Source: Lama glama (Eukaryota). Taken from it: a stretch of 64,000 bases of DNA. Each line of letters opens with the position of its first letter. Positions within the stretch are counted from its first letter, which is position 1. The position numbers and the translations under genes were made by a program. Positions 51,259 to 64,000 of the stretch are shown here, one piece after another. The notes beneath the pieces were generated by a model. The model was given only the letters and a program-made list of their open reading frames with translations, had not been told where the DNA came from and searched no databases. The stretch spans positions 100,132,001 through 100,196,000 of the forward strand of contig CM052817.1 of assembly GCA_028534125.1 (NCBI GenBank), written 5' to 3'.

Positions 51259-51640
51259 GTGTCTCAGGCAGCTTGGGCAGCTATAACAAAATACCATAGA
51301 CAGGATGTCTTAAACAACAGACATTTATTTCTCACAGTTCTGGAGGCTGGATCCAGTCCGAGATTAGGAGGTGGTGTGGTCAAGTTCTGGTGCAGCCCTC
51401 TTCCGGGCTTGCAGACTCTGCTGCCTTCTTGCTGCACCCTCACCTGGTGGGGAGAAGGGATAAGCAGCTCTGGTGTCTCTTCTTACAAGGGCACTAACCC
51501 CACTTGGGGGCCTATCCTTATGTTCTCATCTAAACCCACTTACCTCCCAAAGACTCCACCTTCTGATACCACCACACTGGGGGCTCGGGTTCCAACATAT
51601 GAATCTGCTGGGGGCAGGGGCACAGCTCAGCTCATCACAA
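51259..51640 (-). mobile_element. MaLR LTR (MLT1A-like)
   Basis: tgtctcaggcagcttgggcagctataacaaaataccatagac...ttaaacaacagacatttatttctcacagttctggaggctgg...ttccaacatatgaat. Confidence 0.9.
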
Positions 51641-53530
51641 GGAGCTACTAAGGGATTTTAAACACTGAGGAAATTAATTTTGAAATATTTTAATACTCCT
51701 CCATTAAATCAACACTCCCCTGTCTCCATTTTTCCAAATTCCATCCTGGACATTTTGCACAGAAGCTCTCTGGGGAACTGGATAAGCCTTCCTTAGGGAA
51801 CTCTGGGGTTCCTCTGGGTTCATGTAAATCTTTGTTTTCTCCACTCAGCAGAGATAGGTACTTCTCAGCTTATAAAGTTTAACAACGTCGGCTTTAAAGT
51901 TGTCCTTTGGTCCTAGTTCTGCGAATTAAAAAAAAAAGTCAGCAGTGGTCCACGTGAAAAGATGTTTGGTTACCCCTCTCACTTGAGATTAGACCAAAGG
52001 GCTCCGGCTTCAGATAATATTAAACTTAACCCAGGCTGGATTGATTAAGCTGCCTGGCATCTGAGATCGCAGATAAGCGCATTTTCCACTCTAGCCTTTG
52101 CTGCATTAAGCCTCACAAGGAAAATTTCTAAAGGTTCGGAAGAGAAATGCTCCAACCATAAGCCACATTTCTTTTCATTCTTGTCTTTTTTTCCCACCTT
52201 TTAAAAAAAGTACAGTAATGAAACCATCTTCAGTGCCCAACTGATTCATCGGAAGCTTGACCGGTGAACTGAGTTATCTTCACTTTTTAAAAAGCAAGAT
52301 GAGCTGTTTGTTCAGAAGCAGAAGCTGTGCACTGCGAGAATTTGGTATAATGCGAGGAGAGGCTGTAGTAACATGACTTCCCGGACGCGATGGGAAGGTG
52401 AGCGGGCCTCTGCGCTCTGTTCCAGGGCGCAGGCGCTCACGTCAAACAGTAATGAGCACAGTCTCATGGCCCCAGATCCAAATTCCCATAGGATTCTGGG
52501 CCAGCCACTGGTGCACACTTCCAAGTGGGGCAGGTCAGATCTGAGCTCGCTCCAGGTGAGTGGCCGGGATCCAGGCCCAAGCCAGGGGTCAGCTACAGCA
52601 CCGCGCTGGTCCCAAGGTTGTCTCTCCTGGGGCCGATGATGTTCATTTATTCAACAAACTTTCACTGTGCATTTGCGTGACAGCATCGTTCTAGGCGTGG
52701 GGGCTACAGCATGGAATTAACAAACCAAAATCCCTGCATGCACGGAGCATATGTTCTAGTCGGGGTTGGAGGTAATACCCAAGCTTTGATCCTGGCCTGG
52801 AGTTCCAGAGTTCTTGCAGATCAGAGAGGACAGCATGACTGCTCTCCAGCCCTGGAGCTGAAACGGACTGGGCCAGGCTCTGGGGTCTGGGAGCAGGGAT
52901 GGTGGAACTCTTTACGTGGTCTTCAAATGGATTTGCCTCCATCAAGTCCTCTGGCCAGGAATGTTTTTTAGAATCAGTCCCTCCTGGTTATAGCTAGGCC
53001 TCCAACCTGAAAAGCTGAAAATATTGTTCCCTCATGAAATCCAGGACAAAAACAGCCCAAATTGCTCTGATGGTTGAAGGATAAAAATCCGGGTAGAGGG
53101 CTGATGTGTCCCTGGAGACAGGATCTGGGGGAGGGCAGTAGTGGAGGAGGATGAAAGAAGGGCCTGAGATATGGGCATGGGGATGATAAAAAGACTCCTC
53201 GAGAATCTGCTTTCTTTGTGTCCCACTTACACACACCCTAAGCTCCCAGATTCCTTATGCACTAAACAAAGGTCAGAACGCCGGAGGAAATGAACTAGGT
53301 ATTTTACTAGGTATTTTAGGTCATGTGGATTATTTTATTTCCCCAGATAAGGACTTATCACCCTTTTGAGAGGATAGAAGCAACAAGCCTCAAAACCCAA
53401 CAACTGTTTCAAATCCAGGAACTAGCTTGATTTCAGCCAGGCAGCCTCCTTCTGGTTGAGGCAGTGCATGTGTGCATTTATGTCTGATGCCTCTGTCGTT
53501 ATAAATAGTTGTGAAAAAAAATAATGGGGC

Positions 53531-54382
53531 TTGAAGGTCAGAGTAGTAGATACGACTCTGCTCCTAATTCCAACATGTGGCATTTTTCCCACACCACCAG
53601 GCAATTCTCTGACACCAGCCTGGTGCCCTACAATTCAACTCAATTCTGACACTGCTTACCTGGAGAGAGCATCAGATCCCCCAGGTTAAGGGCTCCTCCC
53701 ACAGGACTGCCCCTCCCCTGCCCCCGCTTTGGATGCCAATAACAAATCCAGGTTGTCACCTCTGCTTCTGACCAATTGGCTACAATTCGAAGGTTCCCAT
53801 GACCCCCTCCTTAGGTCTGATTCATTTTCTCGAGTGGAACTCTAGCACAGAACTCAGAGAAATATTTTACATAATAGGTCATCAGTTTATTAGAAAAGGA
53901 TGAAACTCAGGAACAGCCAGATGGAAGGATGCACAGAGCAAGGTGTGGGGAAAGGGTGTGGAGCTTTCTTGCCCTCTGAGTGCACCAGTCTACCCACATC
54001 TCCATGTATTCACCAATCCAGAGGACCTCTGACCCATCCTTTTGGGTTTTTGGAAGCTTCATTACACAGACACGATTGATTAAATCATTGGCCATTGGCC
54101 AGCAATTCAAACTCTAGCCCCTCCTCATCCCTGGAGGCCGGGGGGGCGGGACTGGAAGTTCCAATCCTCCAATCACAAGATTGTTTCCCCTAGCAACGTT
54201 AGGTGCTGTCCAAAAGTCACTTCATTAACATAAACTCCGATGTGGTTAAAGGGATTTGTTATGAACATCAAGACAGCTGTATTGCTCTTATCACTTGGGA
54301 AATTCCAAAGGTTTTAAGACTTTGTGCCAAAAACAGGATGAATACCAAATATATATTTCTTATTGTAAATCGCAGTGTCAGA
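53531..54382 (-). mobile_element. MER21-like ERVL LTR
   Basis: caattctctgacaccagcctggtgccctacaattcaactcaattctgacact...acctggagagagcatcagatccc...aaatatatatttcttattgtaaatcgcagtgtca. Confidence 0.85.
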
Positions 54383-55069
54383 ATGTTAACCTCAGAACTG
54401 CACCATCAGGGAGGGTGAGGGGATGTCTGCTGTGGGGAGCAGAGGGGACACCCAGAGGTAGTGAAAAGTTTACGCAAAGGTCTGAGTATGTTGGGGGCCA
54501 TGCGGGATCTCATTACTCCAGAATTTCATCTAAAACCTAAGAACGGGAGTAAAAGTCTTTAAATCAATGACAATCTAAGTTCAGGAAAGCACCAATGATG
54601 GTGGCCAGTCACAGCCACACCACACCATCCACCCCTCAGGACGACTTGCACAGGAGGGGGAGATGCAGTGTTTGTGAAGGGGAGGAGTGACTCTCTAGGT
54701 GTTCCCACCTAAGAGCTGGGCTGGCCAAACCATCACCCTTTATTGGTCTGTTTGCAGATTGCTGAGCTTCTGGAAGGGCAGAGCACCTGACACTGCTGGG
54801 GCTTGGAGGCAAGGGAGAGATGGCCAAGCTGGCAGGATGGCGGGGCAGAGAGGGGAGCCAGGGCACTCTCTGTGGTTTCTGGTCTCTGGGAGTACTGAAG
54901 GTAGATCCTAAATATGACAGGAGACTCTGGAGGTGGGAGTAGTAGGGTAGATGAGCTGGAGGGTTACACACTTGTAAGACGTGTGGCTAGCAGAGGAATA
55001 CTACAAGGTCACAAGCTGGTGGTTCACTGGAAAATGTGCTGATTCTTGCAAAGACCCAGGTGACAGAGG

Positions 55070-55465
55070 CTGTTGTTTGTCTACTAACAGCTACTCTCAC
55101 CTTCCTCCTTACTAAGAGAACTCCAATTCTTTTGGAGGGGGCAATTTACTTGGCTAAAAACAACATTGCCAAGCTCCTCCTGCAGCTCACCTTGTTCAAG
55201 TAAGACAGGTTTGGCCAATGAGTGAAAGCCTCCTGGGGTTTTTCTGGGAAGATTTTGCTTTCCTGTTATAGGCAAAGTTCTGTTTTCCTTCTGCTCTTTT
55301 CCTCTTTCTTATTTCTTGGAACTATGATGTGAGGGCTGGAGCTCCAGCAGTTGTTTTGTGAGAATGAGAATGAAAGGGGTTCATACTCTCAGAATGGCAG
55401 AACAAGTTAGAAAGAGTTTAAGTCACTGACAACATTGTGGAGCCACTGTACTAGCCTAGAGCCTA
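55070..55465 (+). mobile_element. Old MaLR LTR (MLT1J/K-like)
   Basis: ttcctccttactaagagaactccaatt...tttggccaatgag...gagggctggagctccagcag...ctgacaacattgtggagccactgtactagcct. Confidence 0.7.
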
Positions 55466-55944
55466 TAGGCAGTGAGCCAGATGCAGTTAATGACTGACCC
55501 CAGAGAAAGGCTGCAGCTCCTTCATGGCAGCAGCACAAGGAGAAATTCCTGGCCCCTGTTCCTTGTCCTTGTCCCAGCACCTAGTGGAAAGGAGATGAGT
55601 GTGAACACAGATACCCTGCCCCACCGCCTGCACCAGATGACTGTCCCTCTTTAAGCCTCTAGGGACTCAAGTGCAGTCCGTGTGACAGTGTGTGCAGGGA
55701 GCCTTTCAGTTAGCCTCAAAAACTGAAAGTGATTGTTTGAAAAACCAGAAGTCATTGCCAAGTTTTGGAATCAGGTGGAAATGTTACAAGAGCTACCATC
55801 TAGAGAGAAAAAGGAGTTTGACTTAGTAGAGTTGGAGACAGTTGGGAAAAATTAAGACAATTTCATTTCCATACCCACAGAAAGTGAAAACAGCTCAATA
55901 AGCTGTTTACAAAATAAGTCTGCTGAATTTTGATTGCCTTAAAT

Positions 55945-56236
55945 CCATGCCACATCTCTATCTACTGATGTAGAAAAATTTCCAGGATAGATTATAAGTG
56001 AAAGAGAGAGAGAGAGAGAAGTACAAACTGTAGTATAGAGTAGGCTACCTTTGGATAATAAGAAGATGAAAACAAGAATTTATACTTGTATTTACATCCA
56101 GAAACCTTGGAAGCACACCCAGGATTATCTGCAGGGTGGATGGGAGTGGCGGGCAGCAAGAGTTCTTAGAATATATGTCTTTGTGTAGATTTGATTCTTG
56201 AATCATGTGAATGTATTACCTATTCAACATTTTAAA
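55945..56236 (+). mobile_element. Old L1ME-like 3' fragment
   Basis: tactgatgtagaaaaatttccaggatagattataagtgaaa...ttgaatcatgtgaatgtattacctattcaa. Confidence 0.65.
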
Positions 56237-56519
56237 TTGGAAGTGTTAGTGCCGCAGAGTATTCAATTTTCTCATAGAAAAGATATTTAGAAGGTCAGCA
56301 GATGACTAAAATAGAGACTCTGAAACTCTTCTCCCTACTCTTCAAATAACAAAATCAAAGTGTTTGTTACATTTTTTACACAAGTAGCTCTTCACCTTCA
56401 AGCCTACACCCTGAATTTATAAGACTGGGAGGTTTCAGTGAGCTGTGAGTGAGTAGTAACATCAGGAACCAAATATGGCAGCTTTAGCTTTTGTTTGAGG
56501 GGAAAAAAAACAGAATTGG

Positions 56520-56785
56520 TAGAAATAATAATCAATACATTGCTATGTATAATTTATTACTCTAATTTATTATCCTATTAACTATGTTAATTAACACAAT
56601 AGATTATATTAACATATGTTACTATATACTACAAACTGCATATGTTAATATAATCTGTTACATATGAACATGTCATATAGTATATTAATATATATTATAT
56701 TAGACATATGATCATATATATTAATGTACTATAATATATTTAATATATTACTGCACATAATTTTGTATTAACTTATTTTTTAAAC
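56520..56785. repeat. AT-rich low-complexity (TA-rich) tract
   Basis: Seen directly. Confidence 0.85.
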
Positions 56786-56893
56786 TCTTAGGATCAGATT
56801 TTCTGTACCTAAGAGATATTTCTGCAACTAAGAGAATTGTTCCTGCAGAAATAGAGCACCAGTGAGAAATCTAACAATTTTGTTTATTTAAAG

Positions 56894-57100
56894 CAAGGTT
56901 TGGCAAACTGTGGCCTGTGGGCCACGTCTGGCCGGCTGCCTATTTTTTTATGAGCTAAGAATGGTTTTTACATTTTTGAATGGTTACATTTTACATGGTT
57001 ATATAAATGCCTAGGTAATATTCTTACTGTTACCTCTTGACCTGCAAAGATCAAGAATATTTACTATTCAGCTCTTGGGGGAAAACTTTTGCCACCCCAG
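56894..57100 (+). mobile_element. MER58-like (MER58C) hAT-Charlie element
   Basis: caaggtttggcaaactgtggcctgtgggcc...gagctaagaatggtttttacatt...tttgccaccccag; TSD atttaaag / atttaaga. Confidence 0.85.
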
Positions 57101-57997
57101 ATTTAAGACCTTTTGAGACTCAGTTTCCAAATTTTGCTCTAAAGTGTGTAGCCACACCTGAGACCAACCTGTGACCAAACAAATTCCAACAAAAACATAA
57201 AGGCCGTGGAGTGAAGAAGCCAGGCTAGTAAGGACATGCATTTTTCACTTGGTGGGGCAGCCTTAGGCATGATGCACACAGAAACACACACATTTCCTAT
57301 GTTGGAAATGGGAAACTATTGCCCTTGGTTGGATTTTTCTATTGCACAGACTCCCCATTGGGTATCCAAAGCCCTGAAGCAACAAAATACAGTTGGGTCT
57401 CATTCCAGCTGCCAGACACTTTGCCAGACATAGCTCAGTATGTCACTGGCCCATGAGCGTGGCCCTTAAGTACAGAAATGTGACACATGTCAGCTGTTGC
57501 AATGGGTTCTGTGGCTTTAAAGACACCTCTGTATTGTGTGTGCATCTAAGTAATTGGAACTTGACTCGTCACATCTATTTTAGCAATGGCACTGGAACAG
57601 CATGGACCTGTCCGTCACTGTGTCATCCTTATGAAAATGGCTTCCAGTGGTCACCTTGTCATAGTTAATTAGCCTTCTGAAGTATGAATAGTCAGAAGCA
57701 AAGCGACTTTGAGAGCCTGGTTTTCAGATACCTTCAGCAGTGAACTCTACAGGTAACTGATCTTTCCTGCCTTTTAATTAGAGGCCTTTCATCTAAGAGG
57801 GAGAGTGTCCTTGTGGTTAGAGGTACAGCTGGCCTGGTTCTGCCTTCTGTTCTCAGTTCCAGGGCTGACTCACAGCAACCACAAGCAAGCCAGTCTCGGA
57901 GGCTCAAATATGGGAAATCTAGGAAGTTCTAGACTCGAATGTGGTTAGCTGATGGCTGTTTAAATGCAGATAGCATTGAAGCATCAGTGTGAAAGGG

Positions 57998-58527
57998 AGT
58001 ATGCCAGCTAGATACTACTAGGAGACCCCTAAGCCTAGGAGTTTAAAAAAGAATAATAACCGTTTGTTTAGCTCAAGATTCTGCAAATTATCAGTTTAGT
58101 CTGGGTTCTGTGGGGTTCCTGGGGTACCTAAGGTCAGTGGTGTGTTTGTGTGTTGGGTTGGCAGCTTTGCTGATCTTGGCCGGGCTGTCTCACCTGTCTT
58201 AGGACTTGGCTGGGACAACGGGACTACGCAAGTCTGGTCCAGGTGCTTTCTTATCATCCAGCAGGCTAACTCAGGCTGTTTGAATAGCAGAGACAGGGGT
58301 CTCTAAAGGTATAGTGGATACGCACAAGACCTCTTGGTGCCCAGGCTTCAAACTGGCAAAATACCCCTTTCATCTCATTCTTGTGGCCAAAGCAAGTCAC
58401 AAGGCCAGCCCAGATCCCAGAGGTGGGGAAATTGACTCTACCTCTTGATGGAAGAAGCTTCAAAGTCACATGGCAGGGGCATAGATATAGAGTGGGGAAG
58501 AATTGTGACCATTTTTGCCATCCACCA
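57998..58527 (-). mobile_element. MaLR LTR (MLT1G/H-like)
   Basis: ggccaaagcaagtcacaaggccagcccagatcccagaggtggggaaattgactctacctcttgatggaagaagc. Confidence 0.8.
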
Positions 58528-58949
58528 CTGGAAGCTGAGACATTCAGGAATGTATGTAAGGTGTCCCAGCAGCCGCCTGCTGACAGAGCAGGTGAGGTGG
58601 GATGCTCAGCTCATAAGCGAGGGACAGAGATGATGCCACTCTGGTTGTTCCTGGGCCCTTTTCTGGCAGAAAAGGCTGAGGGAACCTCAAAGGGGAAGTC
58701 GGACCTTCAGTGGATGGGTGAATGTGTGAGCAGTGCCCGTCTGAGTTTTGGTTTAATTCAGAAAAGAAAAGAAAGAGGGCATTTTCCCATATATGTTGAG
58801 AACTCAAGAGTGAATAAGGGCTCTGAGTGGGATAGTCTAGTGGAGAAGAAGTGTCAGCACCCGGGGAAGACTTCCCAACCAAGGGGCAATGCCTTTGATG
58901 TTGTGAGCACAGCCTTTTGTGCCAGATATAACCAACTAACTAACTGTGG

Positions 58950-59145
58950 TTTAACACCTCAGTAACTATGTGACTTTGGGCAAATCGCTCAACTTGTTTA
59001 AGGCTCAGTTTTGTCATCTGTGACATGAGGATAATAATATATACCTCAAAGCATAGTAGGGGCGATTAACGGAGCTAACATTTGTAAAAGGTATAAGGCA
59101 ATACTTGGCATAACAGTCACTCTCCGTTAGTGCTCACCATTACCA
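58950..59145 (+). mobile_element. MIR SINE
   Basis: tgtgactttgggcaaatcgctcaacttgtttaaggctcagttttgtcatctgtgacatgaggataataat. Confidence 0.85.
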
Positions 59146-59159
59146 TTCTCCTAAGCTTT

Positions 59160-59995
59160 ATAGCTGTTGATTTGTCATTGATGACCCGCAATCTACTCCT
59201 GCAGTCCTGGCCACATCTATGAGCTCTCCTCCTGGTATGTAGACCATCAGTTTCATGTCAGTGTCCCCCTTTCAACTTAAACTCAACAGGCATTAAAGCT
59301 AAACAAATCTGTCCCTTTAAATCACTTTCCTTCTGTAACTTTTCATGTATTCCTTCAAAGCCAGCATTTAGCCTCCTGGATTTGTCACCGTAGAGTTATC
59401 TTTGATTCCTTTATTTCCTTTAGGCCTCTTATCCAGTTATTGAACAATGTGAAATGTCTTTCCCACTGCATTTTCCCGCTAAGTGCAGGATCTGAGTTTC
59501 TCTCTTGATGCTGTGAGGACCACTAAAGGGTTCTTACAAGTTTCCCCGCCTCCAGGCTCTCTACTCTGTAATCTATCCTGCACCCTGTTGCAAGATTAAT
59601 CTTCCAAAAGACAATCCCTTGCTCAAAACCACCAATGATGCTTTGTTACTTACAAGATGACATCCCAAAGCTGAGCCTGGCATTCAAAACCCCCTACAAC
59701 CTGACCCCAGTGCCCGTTACTAGCCATCTTCCAAGACTCCAGGGAGCTTCATCTTGCATTGTGATTATTTACATACCCGTCCTGTGTTCCCATTAAGAGT
59801 GTAAGTCTCTCCAGCAAGGATCAGCAAACCATGGTTCATGGACCAGTTCCACATGACCCACAAAGCCTAAAATATTTACCACATGACCCTTTACAGACAG
59901 TTTGCAACCCCTGATCTATAGAGTGAGGTGTGTCTTACAGTAATTTGCCCTTCAGAATTGTGTACTTTTCAATAAAAGTTTATTGAATGAATATT
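59160..59995 (+). mobile_element. L2 fragment interrupted by a short MER58A-like element (59815-59913)
   Basis: L2 motifs (atctatcctgcaccctgttgcaagattaatcttcc; ctgagcctggcattcaaa; tattgaatgaat); insert caaggatcagcaaacc...tttgcaacccctg. Confidence 0.7.
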
Positions 59996-60289
59996 CCACA
60001 TACTGACCCCGAAGCACCCCTGTCCTTTCTTGTTCCTGTAAATTTGTTCATGTATTAGAGAGCACTCCCCTCTTCGTCTCCCTGGATAAACTTTTTAGAG
60101 TACTCTAAGGCCTGTGTCACCTTCTTGGGGAAGCGTTTCTGATGGTGTCTGCTGAGTTCTGCATCCCAGTAACACTAACCTACTCCGTCTGACATTTAAT
60201 CTCCTGCTTCTGGTTAGTTAGTTCTTTGTGTGGGAGAGGGTCATGGACCGGATGGACACCCATTGCTACACATGACTGGCTATCCTCTC

Positions 60290-60600
60290 CCCTTCAGAAC
60301 TCAGCCCATTTCCTGGCCTGGGACGTTTTCTCTGACGCCTCCGTTCCTCTCCCCACCCGACTGAGTTAAGGGCCCCTTCCTGGCACTCCCACAGCTCCCT
60401 GCGCCGTCCCAGCCTGGCCCTTATCTTGGTTTATTGTAATCGTTGGGTTACTTCTTGTAATTGTTGGATTCTCCAACTGCGCTGTGAGCTCCTTACCATG
60501 AGGGTCAGTATCTTACTCACTGACAGATTCCCGGTACTTGGCATGGTGCCTAGTTTGTAGAGATACCCAATTAATATCCTGGAGTAAATGGTTGATCATG
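60290..60600 (+). mobile_element. L2 3' end
   Basis: gctgtgagctccttaccatgagggtcagtatcttactcact...ggtacttggcatggtgcctag. Confidence 0.7.
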
Positions 60601-63474
60601 CAGTGGCTGTTGACTGAGTACACAGCTGATTAAATTCACGATCCTGTTCCTTGTGCTACGCTCTTTGCACCCTTCAGTTCTCTCTCTGTGTAAAGACATT
60701 TCTCTTGGTTCTCTATCTATGTACCTATATCTCTATCTATGGTTCTGTATCTTGGTTCTATATATGTATCTTGGGATTTCAGGAAATAACTGTTAAATCT
60801 TATATAACTAAGGTTACCAGGCTAAAACTGGAGCACCTGGGACATGCCAAGCATGGAGATTCCCAGGTCTTTGATGATGAATCGTGAGTGCCTGTTTTTC
60901 AACCCGCAGTTGTCTGCACGGTGGGCTACTACGCCCCACCACTGCTCTTCCTCTTTCTGAATTAAGAATCTGAATAAAAATATCCATGACCAAAGGATGG
61001 TACACTCATCCTTTGTGGATCTATTTCCTCAGAGCTCCATGTTCACCTAGCGTAAAATAATACCAAACATTTGAACTTGGACATCATTTGCCAAACGTTC
61101 GGATCCCGTAACAAAGCACATAGGGTGTCCAGAATGGAAAAATGGCATCCCGGAAACAGTTTAGGCACCACGCACGAGACGTAAGAGCCTCACTCAGCAG
61201 ACAGCATCCTTTCTGCTCTCGAGTCCCCACCCCATCCCCCGCTCCAGAGCTGCTGCTCTGAGCCCGTCTCCCTGCTGCAGTGGCAGTCCCCTTAGCTGTC
61301 CATGATCAGTTTTTTAAGTGCAGATAAACTAGAGACAGGTTGTAAATCAGCCCACCACATCAGCCCAGATCTTCTTGCCATAAAACAGGCACCTAATAAC
61401 CAAATTTCCACTCTCCATACGTGAGCCCTCCCCCGCAGGGTTAAAGTGGGAAAGGATCGCAGAGGCTCACCCCATCACATGGTGAACAGACATTTAGCAT
61501 TTTAAAAATGCCTTTTAAATATTTAGACAGATGATATATTGCCCTGTAGCCTTTTCCAAATCTGGGAGACACGCCACGAATGCTGTCGCCTAAAAAAGCC
61601 AGACTTGGAAGAAGCCCCAACGTGTCTGCGTGAGAAAGGTGGCAACCCCGGCGCCCTGGGAGCAGAAATGTCCCCACTGGCTCTGAAGTACCTTTCTGTG
61701 AGATGAGAAGAGGGAGCAGGATGTTTTGCTCACGATGTGTGTCTCATCGATCACGTGAGATAGCGCAGCCTGGCCACTGAAACGGTGTGCAAGGTGGGAC
61801 ACCGAGGGCCGGCACGGAGGGACACGGGTTTCTTCAGAACAACATCCAAAGCCCCTCGCTGCTTCACATGAGTGGTCAGGGTGGCCGGTTCTGTGGAAAT
61901 GGGTTCTTTCCTTTAGAATCTGGTGACCCGAGGGAAGCCCCTAACCTTCCTCAACTGCCCCGGGCACCTGCCGTACCCTGGGGGGACCCCGGGGAGTGAG
62001 TGATTGGTCTGGTACCAGTTGGGCTGAAGCCCCCTCCTCCAGAGGGGAATGACCACGAGGCCTGTGGTGGCCGGCCGCAGTAGTCTGTAAAGCCTGCTTT
62101 TGCTTTTCCCTCCCGAAGTTCACACCTGAGTCCCCCTTGTCATCACTCTCTTGCAAGAACAGGCCAATCCAGAGCCCAAAAGCCATCAACCAGAGTCTGA
62201 GAAAAGAGACTGCCACCCAGTGACTCAAATAAAGATGGCCTTTATGGCAGCCTCTAGCCAGCCTATACCTGGGCCTGTTTCATTGCAGTCAGCCTGCCTC
62301 GCCCCACCAGCTGGGGAAAGCGAGAGAGCTGAGACAGGGCGTCCTTGACGCTGGGCAGAGGGAAGAGCCCGGACGTGGTCTTTGTTGGCATTTGGGGGAA
62401 GAGAGCAGAGGGAGGGGTGGAGAGGTGCCTTGTTCTGCTGCTGGAGGCCAGCAAGGACTGTGCAATAAATGAAACGATGCAAAACCAAGTAAAGTAAAAA
62501 CAAAACAAAAACCCCACAGCAATCGTATCAGCAGCAGAAAAGCAGAGTGTGAAGAGGAGAAGGAGCTATGTCTGAGGTGTCCCTGGCAGGCAGAGCTGCC
62601 GCCCTACCTGGAGAAACCCGGAAGGGGAGGCATGGGTGCCTCAGTGACACCAGAGGGGCGCGGACGGCTGCCGGGGGCCCGAGGATGCCGGGTGGTGGGC
62701 CCTGCTGCTCATGGTCCTCTTCAGTCATTACTGGTGCATTCTTAGTTTCAGCAGCAGCTCTGGCTTCAAAAGAAGGGATCGGACTGAATCCCTGATGCCA
62801 GGGAGAACAGAATATGGACAAGGTGGAGAGACACCTGCGGGAATTTATCTGAGGACTTGATGACCATCCTCTCTCTAAGCCTCTGCCTCCTTGATCAGTA
62901 ATGTCAGGAAATGTTCCATCCTTTGACTTTGAGAGCTTCTTGTCCTGCTTCTTTGGGAAGGCTTTGCTGTTTCTTTTCAGATCTCCTTTTATTTGTCAGG
63001 CAGTACCTCCATGCTTCTCAGAACACAGTTCCCCAGGGCCCCAATCCGCCCTGGGTATCCTGTCCTGAAGCTTCCTGCTCATCCATTTGGAGACTCAGCA
63101 CTTCAGTAGGCCACACTGCAAAAGGAAGAGAAAGCCACTGCTTTTACTGCTCCTAGGTGAACAGCTGCCAAGCCAGGCCACCCGGCCCGTGGTGCAGCAC
63201 AGTGATGCCCAAGGTTGGTCGTGCAGCCGAGCGAGAGCAGACCTCGGAGGCAGCTGTAAGCGAGGGGGCAGCCAGGCGACTCCTTCCCTCCTTCCTCTCC
63301 TCTGCACCTCCCTCGGCCTCTCGGAAGGCTTTCAGGAAGATACCCCCCCTCCCTGCTTTCCCCATGTGTCGGTGAGGATTCTTAGCTCCCTTGGCGTAAA
63401 AAAGAAAAGCGATGGTTATTTACATCAATATAGCATCTCACGATTTTAGGAGCATTTTTTAAAAATCTACTTAC

Positions 63475-63830
63475 CAAAACTGAGTGTACTTTAGGCATAA
63501 GATGGAGATGAGGCGGGAGGAATCACAAAACTTGGTTACGTCTCTTATCATCACAGAATCTGTCTCGTCCTGTTGGTCGCTCTGTTAACATAGTTTGGAT
63601 CTGATTCCGGTGCCCCTTTTTGTCCTTACAGCCGAATTCCTTCTGTGCTGTTAGCTGGGTGCAACCGTCTCCCCCCCCCCCGCCCCCCAGCAAATGCTAC
63701 AGCCGAAGATCCCTCCGCAACTGCTGACTTCACTCAACGTAGTGAGACACGCCCCCGCTGTTTCCCCCCTCTTCCTCCTCCTCCCCTCCCCTTCTTCTCC
63801 CTTCCCTCCCTGCCCCACTGCTAAATATTA
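63475..63830 (-). promoter_or_regulatory. Candidate promoter and first exon of a minus-strand transcript
   Basis: Repeat-free and CpG-enriched; GC-box-like GGGGCGGGG (around 63677-63688) and GGGGGCGTG on the minus strand; consensus donor TTG|GTAAGT at 63475/63474. Confidence 0.4.
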
Positions 63831-64000
63831 TTTGCTGTCATCAGCACCCCCATCACATCTATGCTCTCCCTGTATCTCGGGGATGGGGTGAAGCCTGGAA
63901 ACCATACAACCCAGCCTCCTTAGCTTCCCGGTGAGAAGCCGTCCGGGGAGATTTGGAAGGCAGGAAAGGCTCCCCCTCCTCTGGAAGAAGTACGGCAGAC

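Noticed and set aside
58381..58965. 194-aa plus-strand ORF
   Set aside because: It starts at a non-ATG codon inside an MLT1 LTR and ends at a MIR, with no recognisable homology.
1..64000. CRISPR array, operon or prokaryotic defence system
   Set aside because: The DNA is mammalian and repeat-rich, with no regularly spaced repeat-spacer array and no gene-dense coding structure.

Overview
This is mammalian genomic DNA, most likely from a camelid (alpaca, llama or camel), inferred from four short tRNA-derived SINEs that match my recollection of the camelid Vic-1 family. The window looks intronic or intergenic. I found no recognisable host protein-coding exon, rRNA, true tRNA gene or CRISPR array, and the only identifiable protein-like sequences are transposon fossils (L1 ORF2 C-terminus, HAL1/L1 ORF1-like, hAT-Charlie transposase). 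Much of the window is interspersed repeat (L1, L2, MIR, MaLR/ERVL LTRs, an ERV1-type solo LTR with a perfect 4-bp TSD, MER DNA transposons); subfamily names are from memory of consensus sequences and need RepeatMasker/Dfam confirmation. The most interesting observations are: (1) a SINE + foreign MIR fragment + SINE composite inside a single TSD, suggesting SINE-mediated 3' transduction; (2) two separate L1 insertions 5'-truncated at essentially the same nucleotide; (3) a candidate minus-strand promoter/first exon near 63.5-63.8 kb and a candidate minus-strand exon at 4622-4763; (4) several local micro-duplications. I did not find convincing evidence of a new biological system.
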